A stretch of DNA of 64,000 bases, taken from NCBI GenBank assembly GCA_945873145.1, contig CAMCBZ010000009.1, forward strand, positions 5,005-69,004, given 5' to 3'. The position numbers were made by a program, and so were the translations under genes. This stretch comes from an uncultured Prevotella sp. (lineage in GTDB: Bacteria > Bacteroidota > Bacteroidia > Bacteroidales > Bacteroidaceae). The notes beneath the pieces were generated by a model, which was not told where the DNA came from, did no database searches, and saw only the letters and a program-made list of their open reading frames with translations. Below, in pieces: positions 55,950 through 64,000 of this stretch; the first letter of the stretch is position 1, and the number at the start of each line of letters is the position of its first letter.

Positions 55950-57386
55950 ATGGAAATCTTTCTGATTAAGCTTCTCCAGTTCATTCTGTCCATCTCGTTG
56001 CTGGTATTGCTCCACGAGGGCGGACATGCGCTGGCATCCAAGCTCTTTGGCGTCAGGGTGGAGAAGTTCTTTATTTTCTTCGACGTCTCCATTGGCAAGT
56101 GGAGCGGCAAGCTCTTTAGTTTCAAACCCAAGAACAGCGATACGGAATACGGCATGGGCTGGCTGCCGCTCGGTGGCTATTGCAAGATCGCCGGTATGAT
56201 CGACGAGAGCATGGACACCGAACAGATGAAGCGAGACCCGCAACCGTGGGAGTTCCGCACCAAGCCGGCATGGCAAAGACTCATCATCATGGTGGCTGGT
56301 GTGACGGTCAACTTTGTGCTGGCTCTGTTCATCTACTCCATGATCATGTTCCACTGGGGCGAGAGCTACGTGCGTGTGGCAGACATGAGTCAGGGCATGA
56401 AGTTCAACACAGAGGCCAAACAGCTGGGCTTCCGCGACCACGACATCCTGGTGGGTACCGACAAGCGTCCGTTCAAGGACTTCAATGTTGATGTCTACCG
56501 CGACCTTTCCGAGGCTCACTATGCCGACATCATCCGTGACGGCAAGAAGATGCGTATCGCTTTGCCAGGCCATATCAATCTATTGGGCATGCTGAAGTCT
56601 ACGCCTCGTTTTGTGGCTCCGTTCACTCCTGCTGTCGTCGATACGGTGTTGCAACGCCTGCCGATAGCAGAGGGCAGCAAGGACTCTATTGAGACACCAG
56701 CCTGGAAGATAGGTCTGAAGAAAGGTGACAAGATATTGGCACTGAATGGTAAGGCTGTCGACTCCTACAATGAGTTTACCGATGAGATCAGCCGCATTGA
56801 CGATCAGCTTGCAGCGACAAAGAGTGCTGCCGACAGCCTACGTCTTCGTAAGGTGACGCTTGTGGTGAGCCGCGCCGCGACGGGTAAGCAGGACACACTC
56901 GCCACGACGCTCACTGCTGACTTGAAGGTTGGCTTCGCCGTGCAGAGCATCTATCAGCTCTATGAAAAGGAGATGACGCATAAGAGCTACAGCTTTCTGG
57001 AGAGCTTCCCCGCAGGATGCAAGTATGGTTGGGACGTGTTGGCCGGTTATGTCAGCGACATGCAGTATGTCTTCACGGCTGACGGTGCGAAGAGCTTAGG
57101 CGGTTTTGGTTCCATCGGCAGCCTCTTCCCCAGTCAGTGGGATTGGTTTATGTTCTGGAAGATGACGGCTTTCCTGAGCATTATCCTTGCTTTCATGAAC
57201 ATTCTGCCTATCCCTGCCCTCGATGGCGGACACGTGCTCTTCCTGCTCTACGAAATCATTGCACGCCGCAAGCCTTCGGATAAGTTCATGATCTATGCCG
57301 AGTACACGGGCATCACCATTCTGGTCATCCTCATGGTGGTGGCCAATCTCAACGACATCCTGCGATGGATCGGCGTCATGCAATAA
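55950..57386 (+). CDS. rseP: RIP intramembrane metalloprotease with PDZ domains
   Basis: LHEGGH (HExxH), LPLGGY, NILPIPALDGG. Confidence 0.95.
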   Translation: MEIFLIKLLQFILSISLLVLLHEGGHALASKLFGVRVEKFFIFFDVSIGKWSGKLFSFKPKNSDTEYGMGWLPLGGYCKIAGMIDESMDTEQMKRDPQPWEFRTKPAWQRLIIMVAGVTVNFVLALFIYSMIMFHWGESYVRVADMSQGMKFNTEAKQLGFRDHDILVGTDKRPFKDFNVDVYRDLSEAHYADIIRDGKKMRIALPGHINLLGMLKSTPRFVAPFTPAVVDTVLQRLPIAEGSKDSIETPAWKIGLKKGDKILALNGKAVDSYNEFTDEISRIDDQLAATKSAADSLRLRKVTLVVSRAATGKQDTLATTLTADLKVGFAVQSIYQLYEKEMTHKSYSFLESFPAGCKYGWDVLAGYVSDMQYVFTADGAKSLGGFGSIGSLFPSQWDWFMFWKMTAFLSIILAFMNILPIPALDGGHVLFLLYEIIARRKPSDKFMIYAEYTGITILVILMVVANLNDILRWIGVMQ

Positions 57387-57409
57387 GACGTTTATTCATC
57401 ATATACCAT

Positions 57410-57443
57410 AAAGGGGCGGCTCCATCACGGAGCCGCCCCTTTT
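57410..57443. terminator. Bidirectional terminator
   Basis: Perfect 14-bp stem AAAGGGGCGGCTCC / GGAGCCGCCCCTTT. Confidence 0.85.
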
Positions 57444-57540
57444 ACATAACATTATCTTATTCTTAATTAAAGAGAGAGATTCTTCTGTTATTAATTAATG
57501 GGAGTTTTATCTAATGAGAGCCAAACTCATAAGGCGAGGT

Positions 57541-58437
57541 TCAGTCGTTGCTTATGACGACGGTCTTTCCTGAATAATTTGTCGCGACGATGTTTCCCGC
57601 AGCGTCCCTGACGAGTTTGCCCTTCAGACCAGTGAAGACGATGTTTCCCGCTCCGTCAATGATGAGTACTTGACCGTTACGGTATTTTTTCATGAAGTTT
57701 TTCTCTTTGTCATAGACAATCGTCTGAACAGCGCTTGCATCGTTCTTTTCGGATTGTTCAGCAGTCTGCCACTCCTGCTGAAGCATGGATGCGATATCTT
57801 TGTAGCCTTTTTTGTTGAGTCGTCGTACCACAGAGTTGATGATAGAGTCAACCTGCTCGTTGGAGAATGTGCCGTCTGTCACTATGTGCAGCCTCTTTGT
57901 CGCCTTGGCGATGGACTGATAATCTGACATTGATGGCAAGGAAGTAGTGACGTTCGTTACAGTCACGCTGCCGGGTCTTTGTCCGTACACCTTTGTCAGC
58001 TTTCCGGTTATCTTGCCTCTCTTAGCCTCGTTCCATTCCAGCGCATAGGCATAGCGTCGGTTGGAATTGTTCTGGTCGGCAAAGCATTCCAGCACAAAGT
58101 GGTCATAGCCTTTCCCTATGTTTATGCCGCCCACATCGTATGTAGTGGCCAATGATTCTCCATCGCCTTTGAACACGCTGTAGGCTTTGGCAGCATCTTG
58201 GTCGAAGGCTTTGATGGCATTCTGCACGATGAGAGAGTTTCTTTTCACAGTAAACCCATAGATCTCCCGCGACGATCGCAGGTCCAGAGTCTTAGGATCT
58301 TTCTCGGTCTCATTGGTCGTCGTTACTCCGTCTTGGCGCATAATGACATCCTTCATCTTTTCTATTCTTTCCTGAGCCTGCCCAAAGAGAGGTGTCATAG
58401 CTAACAGACAGGCTGCGATGCAATGAATTGTTCTCAT
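57541..58437 (-). CDS. Secreted hypothetical protein in the ECF sigma operon (possibly DUF5024-like)
   Basis: Signal peptide; overlaps the upstream gene by 4 bp. Family guess is tentative. Confidence 0.6.
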   Translation of the reverse strand: MRTIHCIAACLLAMTPLFGQAQERIEKMKDVIMRQDGVTTTNETEKDPKTLDLRSSREIYGFTVKRNSLIVQNAIKAFDQDAAKAYSVFKGDGESLATTYDVGGINIGKGYDHFVLECFADQNNSNRRYAYALEWNEAKRGKITGKLTKVYGQRPGSVTVTNVTTSLPSMSDYQSIAKATKRLHIVTDGTFSNEQVDSIINSVVRRLNKKGYKDIASMLQQEWQTAEQSEKNDASAVQTIVYDKEKNFMKKYRNGQVLIIDGAGNIVFTGLKGKLVRDAAGNIVATNYSGKTVVISND

Positions 58438-59204
58438 AGTTCAATGATGTTATAGGGTGAATAATGTTGCTGTTTATCTTTGTTGTCGATCAGTCGTTTG
58501 GCTTGTACAATTTCCTCGTGAGCCTGTGCGATCATCGCCTTGCTTACGAGCAAATCGGCCAGCATCAGCGAATGATCAGCTTTTACGCTGTCATTTATTA
58601 TTTGCCACTGGTCTACATCATGTTGTGCTTCTGCTAATAAAAGGCTGTCTTGGTGATCAATCGATGTTGCTTCTTCGGGAATGGTTGTCATCTTTGTCGA
58701 ATTGTGTGTAGCCGCAAACACATGCGTGGTAGACCTTTGATCAGAAGTAATTGGTGCGACCGCTGGTCTTTCATTTCTCTTAGATTCAGCCTTTAGAGCA
58801 GTATGTTGCTTCAGAGAAGGAAGCGTTTGTTGCTCACAGACCTTGTCTTTCGTAACTGTGAGGCTTTGGCTGCTTTGTTGTTTTGGCCATAATCCCCATA
58901 TCAGTGCTCCGGCCAAACAAGCGGCAGCGAGCCAAGGCAGGGCCATACGCTTCTGTTTGGAATGTTTGGGCAGCATTGGTGCAGGAGCTGGTCCTGCAAT
59001 GTTGATGTCATTGTCGTCTTGCAGGAACTTCCCTTTCATACCATCGTCAAACCAGGCAAACATCTCGCGATAGTCCTCCCACTCCGGTGGTACGGATTGC
59101 GAGCGGAAGTATTCGCTGAGCTGACGTTCTTCTTCCAGTGATGTCAGCCCATCGAGATATTTGTCGAGCAGCGACTGTATGTATGCTTTTGTATATGCTT
59201 TCAT
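58434..59204 (-). CDS. Putative membrane-anchored anti-sigma factor
   Basis: LLDKYLDG.TS.EEE..L..YF, central TM WLAAACLAGALIWGLW; directly after the ECF sigma gene. Confidence 0.75.
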   Translation of the reverse strand: MKAYTKAYIQSLLDKYLDGLTSLEEERQLSEYFRSQSVPPEWEDYREMFAWFDDGMKGKFLQDDNDINIAGPAPAPMLPKHSKQKRMALPWLAAACLAGALIWGLWPKQQSSQSLTVTKDKVCEQQTLPSLKQHTALKAESKRNERPAVAPITSDQRSTTHVFAATHNSTKMTTIPEEATSIDHQDSLLLAEAQHDVDQWQIINDSVKADHSLMLADLLVSKAMIAQAHEEIVQAKRLIDNKDKQQHYSPYNIIEL

Positions 59205-59707
59205 AATTGTTTCCTCCTTTTTCTTATCTCTTCCAACAACCGTCGGCGCGCTCTGGAAAGTAGTGTGGCTACCGACCGCTCTTCTATACCCAGACGTTGA
59301 GCAATGGCTTGGTTGTCGAGTCCCTCCACCTGCCGTAAGTGCAGTACCGTGTACTCTGTACTTGGCAAATCAGCCAGTTGCTTCCGCAACCATTCGTCGG
59401 TCTCCTGCTCTTCCAAATGAGTATCAGCGTGGTTGCTGCTGTCTTGTGACTCAACGGGAATCTCCTCTTGTGGAGCTCGACGCTTTTCGCGTCGTAGCCA
59501 GTCGATGGTTAGGTTGTGAGCGATGCAGACAGCTAAGGCTTCAGCTTTTTGACTTGTGTCGATCTTGGGACGGACTTGCCATAGTCGGATCATCGTCTCT
59601 TGCGCGATATCCTCGGCTTCCTCCGCAGGAGCACCGTGCCGCCGGCTGCTCTCCACAGCTTTGCGCCGTAGTGTCGTTGCCTGGGATATGTATGCTTGAC
59701 TGTCCAT
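59201..59707 (-). CDS. ECF RNA polymerase sigma-70 factor
   Basis: EAEDIAQE..IRLW, LP...TVL.LR..EGL...IA..LGI...V...LSRARR.L. Confidence 0.9.
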   Translation of the reverse strand: MDSQAYISQATTLRRKAVESSRRHGAPAEEAEDIAQETMIRLWQVRPKIDTSQKAEALAVCIAHNLTIDWLRREKRRAPQEEIPVESQDSSNHADTHLEEQETDEWLRKQLADLPSTEYTVLHLRQVEGLDNQAIAQRLGIEERSVATLLSRARRRLLEEIRKRRKQL

Positions 59708-59815
59708 CTCTTTGTTGCTTTACACTTCTATAACGTTTCTATCTCTCTGTTATCAACAAAGAGATTGCTGCTTTTAACAATATTTTATATACAGTCAGTA
59801 GTGTTGATATAAGAA

Positions 59816-59857
59816 AAAGAATCCGTAGATACCTATAAAAGTATGTACGGATTCTTT
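59816..59857 (-). terminator. Terminator after the GH94 gene
   Basis: AAAGAATCCGTA / TACGGATTCTTT stem with A-run on the left. Confidence 0.7.
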
Positions 59858-59882
59858 AGAAGATGGTTGTTGCTTCCTGGTT

Positions 59883-62339
59883 TTACATCACCACTTCCAC
59901 CTTGTGCTCACCCTCAGACCATGGGACGAGGTTGCCGCTGACAGCCTTTCCGTCGAGCGAAATACGCTTCACGCCCTTCTGATGTCCGTCGGGATTGACC
60001 ACATGAATATGATAGAGCGCACCACGAAAACGGCGTTTCACCGTGTATTCCTTTGCTGTCGAAGGCAAGCAAGGATCGATGCGCAGCCCCTCGTAGTCGG
60101 GTTGAATACCCAGGATGAACTCACTCACAGTGTACCACATCCAAGCGGCGGTACCCGTGAGCCATGAGTTCTTGCCTTCGCCGGGACGTGCAGCGTCCTT
60201 GCCGGCAACCATCTGACAGTTGACGTAAGGCTCCACCTTGTGCAGCGTCTGGTATTTCTCCTCCACATACGAAGGCAGAATCTTGGTGTAGTGGCGCCAG
60301 GCATCGTCGCCGCGTCCGGCCACCGTCTCACCGATGATCACCCACGGATTGTTGTGACAGAAGATGCCGGCGTTCTCCTTATAACCTTCGGGATAGGACG
60401 AGATCTCGCCCATCTCTACGTGATAGGTGGTGAAGGCCGGGTTGTTGAGCACGATACCATGCTCGCATTCCATGCGCTCCTTCACTGAGTCGAGGGCACG
60501 CTCGGGGTAGCCTTTCTCCTTGCCGATAGCGGCCATGGTGCACCAGCCCTGACTTTCGATAAAGATCTTTCCCTCCTTGTTTTCGTCAGAGCCAATCTTG
60601 TGACCGAAGAAGTCGTAGGCACGCAGATACCACGCTCCGTCCCATCCCGACTTCTCCACAGCCTCGACCATGTCGTCCACAGCTTTTTGTGCGCGGTCGG
60701 CCTCATCATTGTGACCGAGATGACGGCAGAGAGAGACGTAGTCACGACCTGTGACAACGAAGAGTCCGGCGATCATCAGACTCTCAGCCTTAGAGCCTTC
60801 GCTCTTGTTCTCCGTTGTCTGGAAACTCTCGTCGGGATTCCATGAGAAGCAGTTGAGGTTGAGACAGTCGTTCCAGTCGGCGCGTCCGATGAGGGGCAGA
60901 CGGTGAGGACCCAGGTTGTTGATGACATGGTTGAACGAGACCTTAAGATGCTCCAAGAGCGAGACCTCAGAGCCCGGCACGTTGTCGAAGGGTACGGGCT
61001 CGTCGAGAATCGAGAAGTCGCCTGTTTCCTTGATGTAAGCCACAGTGCCAAAGATGAGCCAGCAGGGATCGTCGTTAAATCCGCCGCCGATGTCGTTGTT
61101 GCCACGTTTGGTCAGCGGCTGGTATTGATGATAACATCCGCCGTCGGGAAACTGAGTAGCAGCGATGTCAAGGATGCGCTGGCGAGCACGTTCCGGGATC
61201 TGGTGCACAAAGCCGACAAGATCCTGATTGGAGTCTCTGAATCCCATACCACGTCCGATGCCGCTCTCGAAGAAGGAGGCTGAGCGACTCATGCAGAATG
61301 TGACCATACACTGATACTGGTTCCAGATGTTGACCATACGGTCGAGCTTGTCGTTGCCACTGTCGACCACGAAGATGTCGAGCAGCCGGTCCCAGTACTC
61401 GCGGAGCTCGTCAAAAGCCTGATCGACCTGCTCGCGAGTGGCAAAGCGGTCCATGAGCGCGTGTGCTTTCTCCTTGTTGATGACCTTCTTGCTTTCCCAT
61501 TTCTTGTCCTGCTCGTTCTCGACATAACCCAGCAGGAAGATGAGGTCGCGCTTCTCGCCCGGTTTCAGATCCACCTCGATATAGTGGCTGGCGACGGGAC
61601 TCCATCCGTGAGCGACGCTGTTGCGCGGTTTCCCCTCAACGACGGCCTGCGGTGCCGAGTACTCGTTGTAGAGTCCCACGAAGCTCTCGCGGTCTGTGTC
61701 AAAGCCTTGGATGGGTGTGTTGACGTGGTAGAAAGCATAGTGGTTGCGGCGCTCGCGGTATTCTGTCTTATGGTAGATCGTAGAAGTCTGCTGCTCTATC
61801 TCCACCTCACCGGTCGAGAAATTGCGCTGGAAGTTCTCCATGTCAGTGGCAGCGTTCCACAGGCACCACTCCTCAAAGGAGAAGATCTTGAGATGCTTGA
61901 CTTCGTTGCTGTTGTTCTCCAAGGACAGCATTTGCACCTCAGCTGCCGTGTGCAACGGCACGAAGAAGAGCACGCTGGCCACCACACCGAGCTTGCTGCC
62001 TGTGATGCGTGTGTAGTTCATACCATGGCGGCACTCATAGCTGTCGAGCGGTGTGCGGCAAGGTTTCCATCCCGGGTTCCACACTGTGTCACCGTCCTTG
62101 ATGTAGAAATAGCGGCCGTTGTTGTCCATCGGCACGTCGTTGTAGCGGTAGCGTGTGATGCGGCGGAACTTTGCGTCTTTGTAGAACGAGTAGCCTCCGG
62201 CAGTGTTGGAGATGAGCGAGAAGAAGTCCTCGTTGCCTAAATAGTTGATCCACGGCCACGGTGTCTGAGGATCAGTGATGACGTATTCGCGATGCGCATC
62301 GTCGAAATGTCCATAGCGTTTATTGTCCATGTCTGTCAT
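59883..62339 (-). CDS. GH94 glycoside phosphorylase (cellobiose/chitobiose phosphorylase-like)
   Basis: [52 protein letters not shown]. Confidence 0.92.
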   Translation of the reverse strand: MTDMDNKRYGHFDDAHREYVITDPQTPWPWINYLGNEDFFSLISNTAGGYSFYKDAKFRRITRYRYNDVPMDNNGRYFYIKDGDTVWNPGWKPCRTPLDSYECRHGMNYTRITGSKLGVVASVLFFVPLHTAAEVQMLSLENNSNEVKHLKIFSFEEWCLWNAATDMENFQRNFSTGEVEIEQQTSTIYHKTEYRERRNHYAFYHVNTPIQGFDTDRESFVGLYNEYSAPQAVVEGKPRNSVAHGWSPVASHYIEVDLKPGEKRDLIFLLGYVENEQDKKWESKKVINKEKAHALMDRFATREQVDQAFDELREYWDRLLDIFVVDSGNDKLDRMVNIWNQYQCMVTFCMSRSASFFESGIGRGMGFRDSNQDLVGFVHQIPERARQRILDIAATQFPDGGCYHQYQPLTKRGNNDIGGGFNDDPCWLIFGTVAYIKETGDFSILDEPVPFDNVPGSEVSLLEHLKVSFNHVINNLGPHRLPLIGRADWNDCLNLNCFSWNPDESFQTTENKSEGSKAESLMIAGLFVVTGRDYVSLCRHLGHNDEADRAQKAVDDMVEAVEKSGWDGAWYLRAYDFFGHKIGSDENKEGKIFIESQGWCTMAAIGKEKGYPERALDSVKERMECEHGIVLNNPAFTTYHVEMGEISSYPEGYKENAGIFCHNNPWVIIGETVAGRGDDAWRHYTKILPSYVEEKYQTLHKVEPYVNCQMVAGKDAARPGEGKNSWLTGTAAWMWYTVSEFILGIQPDYEGLRIDPCLPSTAKEYTVKRRFRGALYHIHVVNPDGHQKGVKRISLDGKAVSGNLVPWSEGEHKVEVVM

Positions 62340-62514
62340 ATATAGTAAGTCTTTTGAATGTCTTCAGTCAGGCTTTATTGATTGCCACGGCTAAATTAGT
62401 TATTTTTCTCCATCTTTGCATCATTATTGGGTGGCGTTTCAAAAATTATCACTACATTTGCAAAGATAATATAGATCACAAGACAAAATATAACTAATCA
62501 TAGAATAATTACCC

Positions 62515-63552
62515 ATGAAGAACCTACTTTTAGCACTCAGCCTGGCTTTCCTTTCCTTACCCTCTTCGGCACAGAACCTGCAGAAAGGCGACTACGGCTA
62601 TCTCTATTGCCATATGAGCGATCGCGGAGAGTACACCGCTTATGCCGTGAGCCGCGACGGATACCACTATACCGACATTCTCGGCGGCAATGCCATCTTT
62701 GATCCTAAGGAGCATGCCCGCATTGAGGGCGGCACGCGCGACGCTTACATCACCCGAGCCTACAACGGCAAAGGCTATCTCATGGTCACCACCGACATGT
62801 GTGTGGCCAAGAGTCATAAGTGGGACAACTACGGCATCGACTTGCTCAAGAGCAAGGATCTCATCCACTGGACGTCCGTGACCTTTGACTTCCGCAAGGG
62901 CATGAGCATCTTCTGCGACGGTGCTACGGCTCCCTCTCCTTATAAAGACTGGTCGACGATCAACCGCGTGTGGGCGCCACAGATCTTTTGGGATCCCAGC
63001 TACGTGTGGCCCAACGGCGACAAGGGCGGCTACATGATCTACTACTCCATGCTCAACCGTCCAGAGGAAAAATACGACCGAATGTACTACAGCTATGCCG
63101 ACAAGAACTTCCAGCGCATCACCACGCCGCGTCTGCTCTTCGACTGGGGCTATGCCACCATCGATTGCGACATCAACCTGCTCAGCGATGGCAAGTACCA
63201 CATGCTCATCAAGAAGGAAGGCGGCAAACCCGGCATCTACACAGCAACATCAGACCATCTCACCCATGGCTGGGGCGAACCCATTGACGACGACTACGTG
63301 AGCTTTGAAGGCCGCAAGAACTGCGAGGGCTCCTCGGCGTTCCAGCTTATCGGCGACAGCACGTGGCGCGTGGCCTACATCCAGTATAGCGATCATCCCA
63401 AGCACTATCGCATCTGCAAGGCCAACAGCCATCTGCGCAACTTCCACGATCCCGTCGACATCGAGGGCGTCACAGCTCCCCAGCACGGCTCGTTTATGCG
63501 CATCACCAAAAAGGAGTATGACAGGCTGATGAAGCTCAATAAGAAGAAATAG
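62515..63552 (+). CDS. GH43-like five-bladed beta-propeller glycoside hydrolase
   Basis: Signal peptide, RDAYI, VWAPQIFWD, TIDCDI, CEGSS, PQHGS; TACATTTG box at 62453-62460. Confidence 0.78.
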   Translation: MKNLLLALSLAFLSLPSSAQNLQKGDYGYLYCHMSDRGEYTAYAVSRDGYHYTDILGGNAIFDPKEHARIEGGTRDAYITRAYNGKGYLMVTTDMCVAKSHKWDNYGIDLLKSKDLIHWTSVTFDFRKGMSIFCDGATAPSPYKDWSTINRVWAPQIFWDPSYVWPNGDKGGYMIYYSMLNRPEEKYDRMYYSYADKNFQRITTPRLLFDWGYATIDCDINLLSDGKYHMLIKKEGGKPGIYTATSDHLTHGWGEPIDDDYVSFEGRKNCEGSSAFQLIGDSTWRVAYIQYSDHPKHYRICKANSHLRNFHDPVDIEGVTAPQHGSFMRITKKEYDRLMKLNKKK

Positions 63553-63557
63553 ACCAA

Positions 63558-63794
63558 GGCCCCTCCCCCAAAGCCCTCTCCCTAACCCTCCCCCAAGGGG
63601 GAGGGAATGAGCCCACCCTTGTTCCCCCAAAAAGGGAGAAGAGAAAAATGATTAGAAGGAAGAAGAAGGATCAGAAGGGAGGAGAAGGATCAGAAGGGAG
63701 AAGAAGAATCAGAAAGGGAGGAGAGACAGACATTTATTTATACATTATTCTTTATACACTATACATTATACTTTATACACTATACACTATACAT
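63558..63794. repeat. Repeat mosaic: REP-like hairpins, 3x19-bp purine-rich units, 8 heptamers (TATACAY)
   Basis: 19-bp units at 63662/63681/63700; heptamers at 63739-63794. Confidence 0.85.
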
Positions 63795-63798
63795 TACC

Positions 63799-64000
63799 AT
63801 GACTAAAGAAGAATTGATGCAAGAAGCTATAGCACTGAGCATAGACAGCATACAGCATGGTGGCGGACCGTTCGGAGCAGTCATCGCGCGTGGCGGAGAA
63901 ATCATCTCCAAGGCCAGCAACAGCGTGACCAAAGACCATGATCCGACAGCTCATGCCGAGGTCAACGCCATCCGTATCGCGTGTGGCAAGCTGCAGACCT
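63799..64000 (+). CDS. Zinc-dependent nucleoside/guanine deaminase (partial, runs off the window)
   Basis: Manual translation MTKEELMQEAIALS..GGGPFGAVI..DPTAHAEVNAIR..AC. Confidence 0.88.
   Translation, partial: MTKEELMQEAIALSIDSIQHGGGPFGAVIARGGEIISKASNSVTKDHDPTAHAEVNAIRIACGKLQT

Noticed and set aside
1-64000. rRNA, tRNA, prophage or IS transposase genes
   Set aside because: No recognisable signatures found by eye; a tRNAscan/Infernal run would be needed to exclude atypical RNAs.

Overview
Bacteroidales chromosomal window, most likely Prevotellaceae (TAnnTTTG promoters, SusC/SusD, hybrid two-component system). Left to right: (1) an intact SusC/SusD-CBM-GH43 polysaccharide locus; (2) a decaying defence/toxin island at about 9.4-16.5 kb, with a frameshifted ATPase, two mosaic tandem copies of an AAA-ATPase/PD-(D/E)XK gene flanking a collapsed type IIG R-M remnant, a DUF3791-DUF3990-DUF3791-like trio whose middle gene has a nonsense codon, and a PIN toxin-antitoxin pair; (3) M16 protease, Fur and mutY; (4) a beta-L-arabinofuranosidase locus (GH146-like, HTCS, GH127) whose susC/susD pair has collapsed into a roughly 500-bp fused remnant; (5) a long housekeeping run (P1B ATPase, comEA-like, ridA, comF, recX, prmC, ribD, helicase, aroQ, xerD, thyX, rluA, nadD, gmk, yicC, tsaB, murA, rimM, dxr, rseP); (6) an ECF sigma/anti-sigma operon, a GH94 phosphorylase, a GH43-like hydrolase and a truncated deaminase. 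The non-coding DNA is unusually structured: a perfect 52-bp palindrome, a dispersed 110-bp element built from 22-bp units (two copies 39.6 kb apart), at least 8 copies of an ACCTTAT(T)TATA motif (some inside genes), at least 8 REP-like hairpins, many short tandem arrays, and a roughly 500-nt promoter-to-terminator unit with no long ORF. No rRNA, tRNA or CRISPR array was seen. All family calls come from motif recognition by eye, not from database searches.
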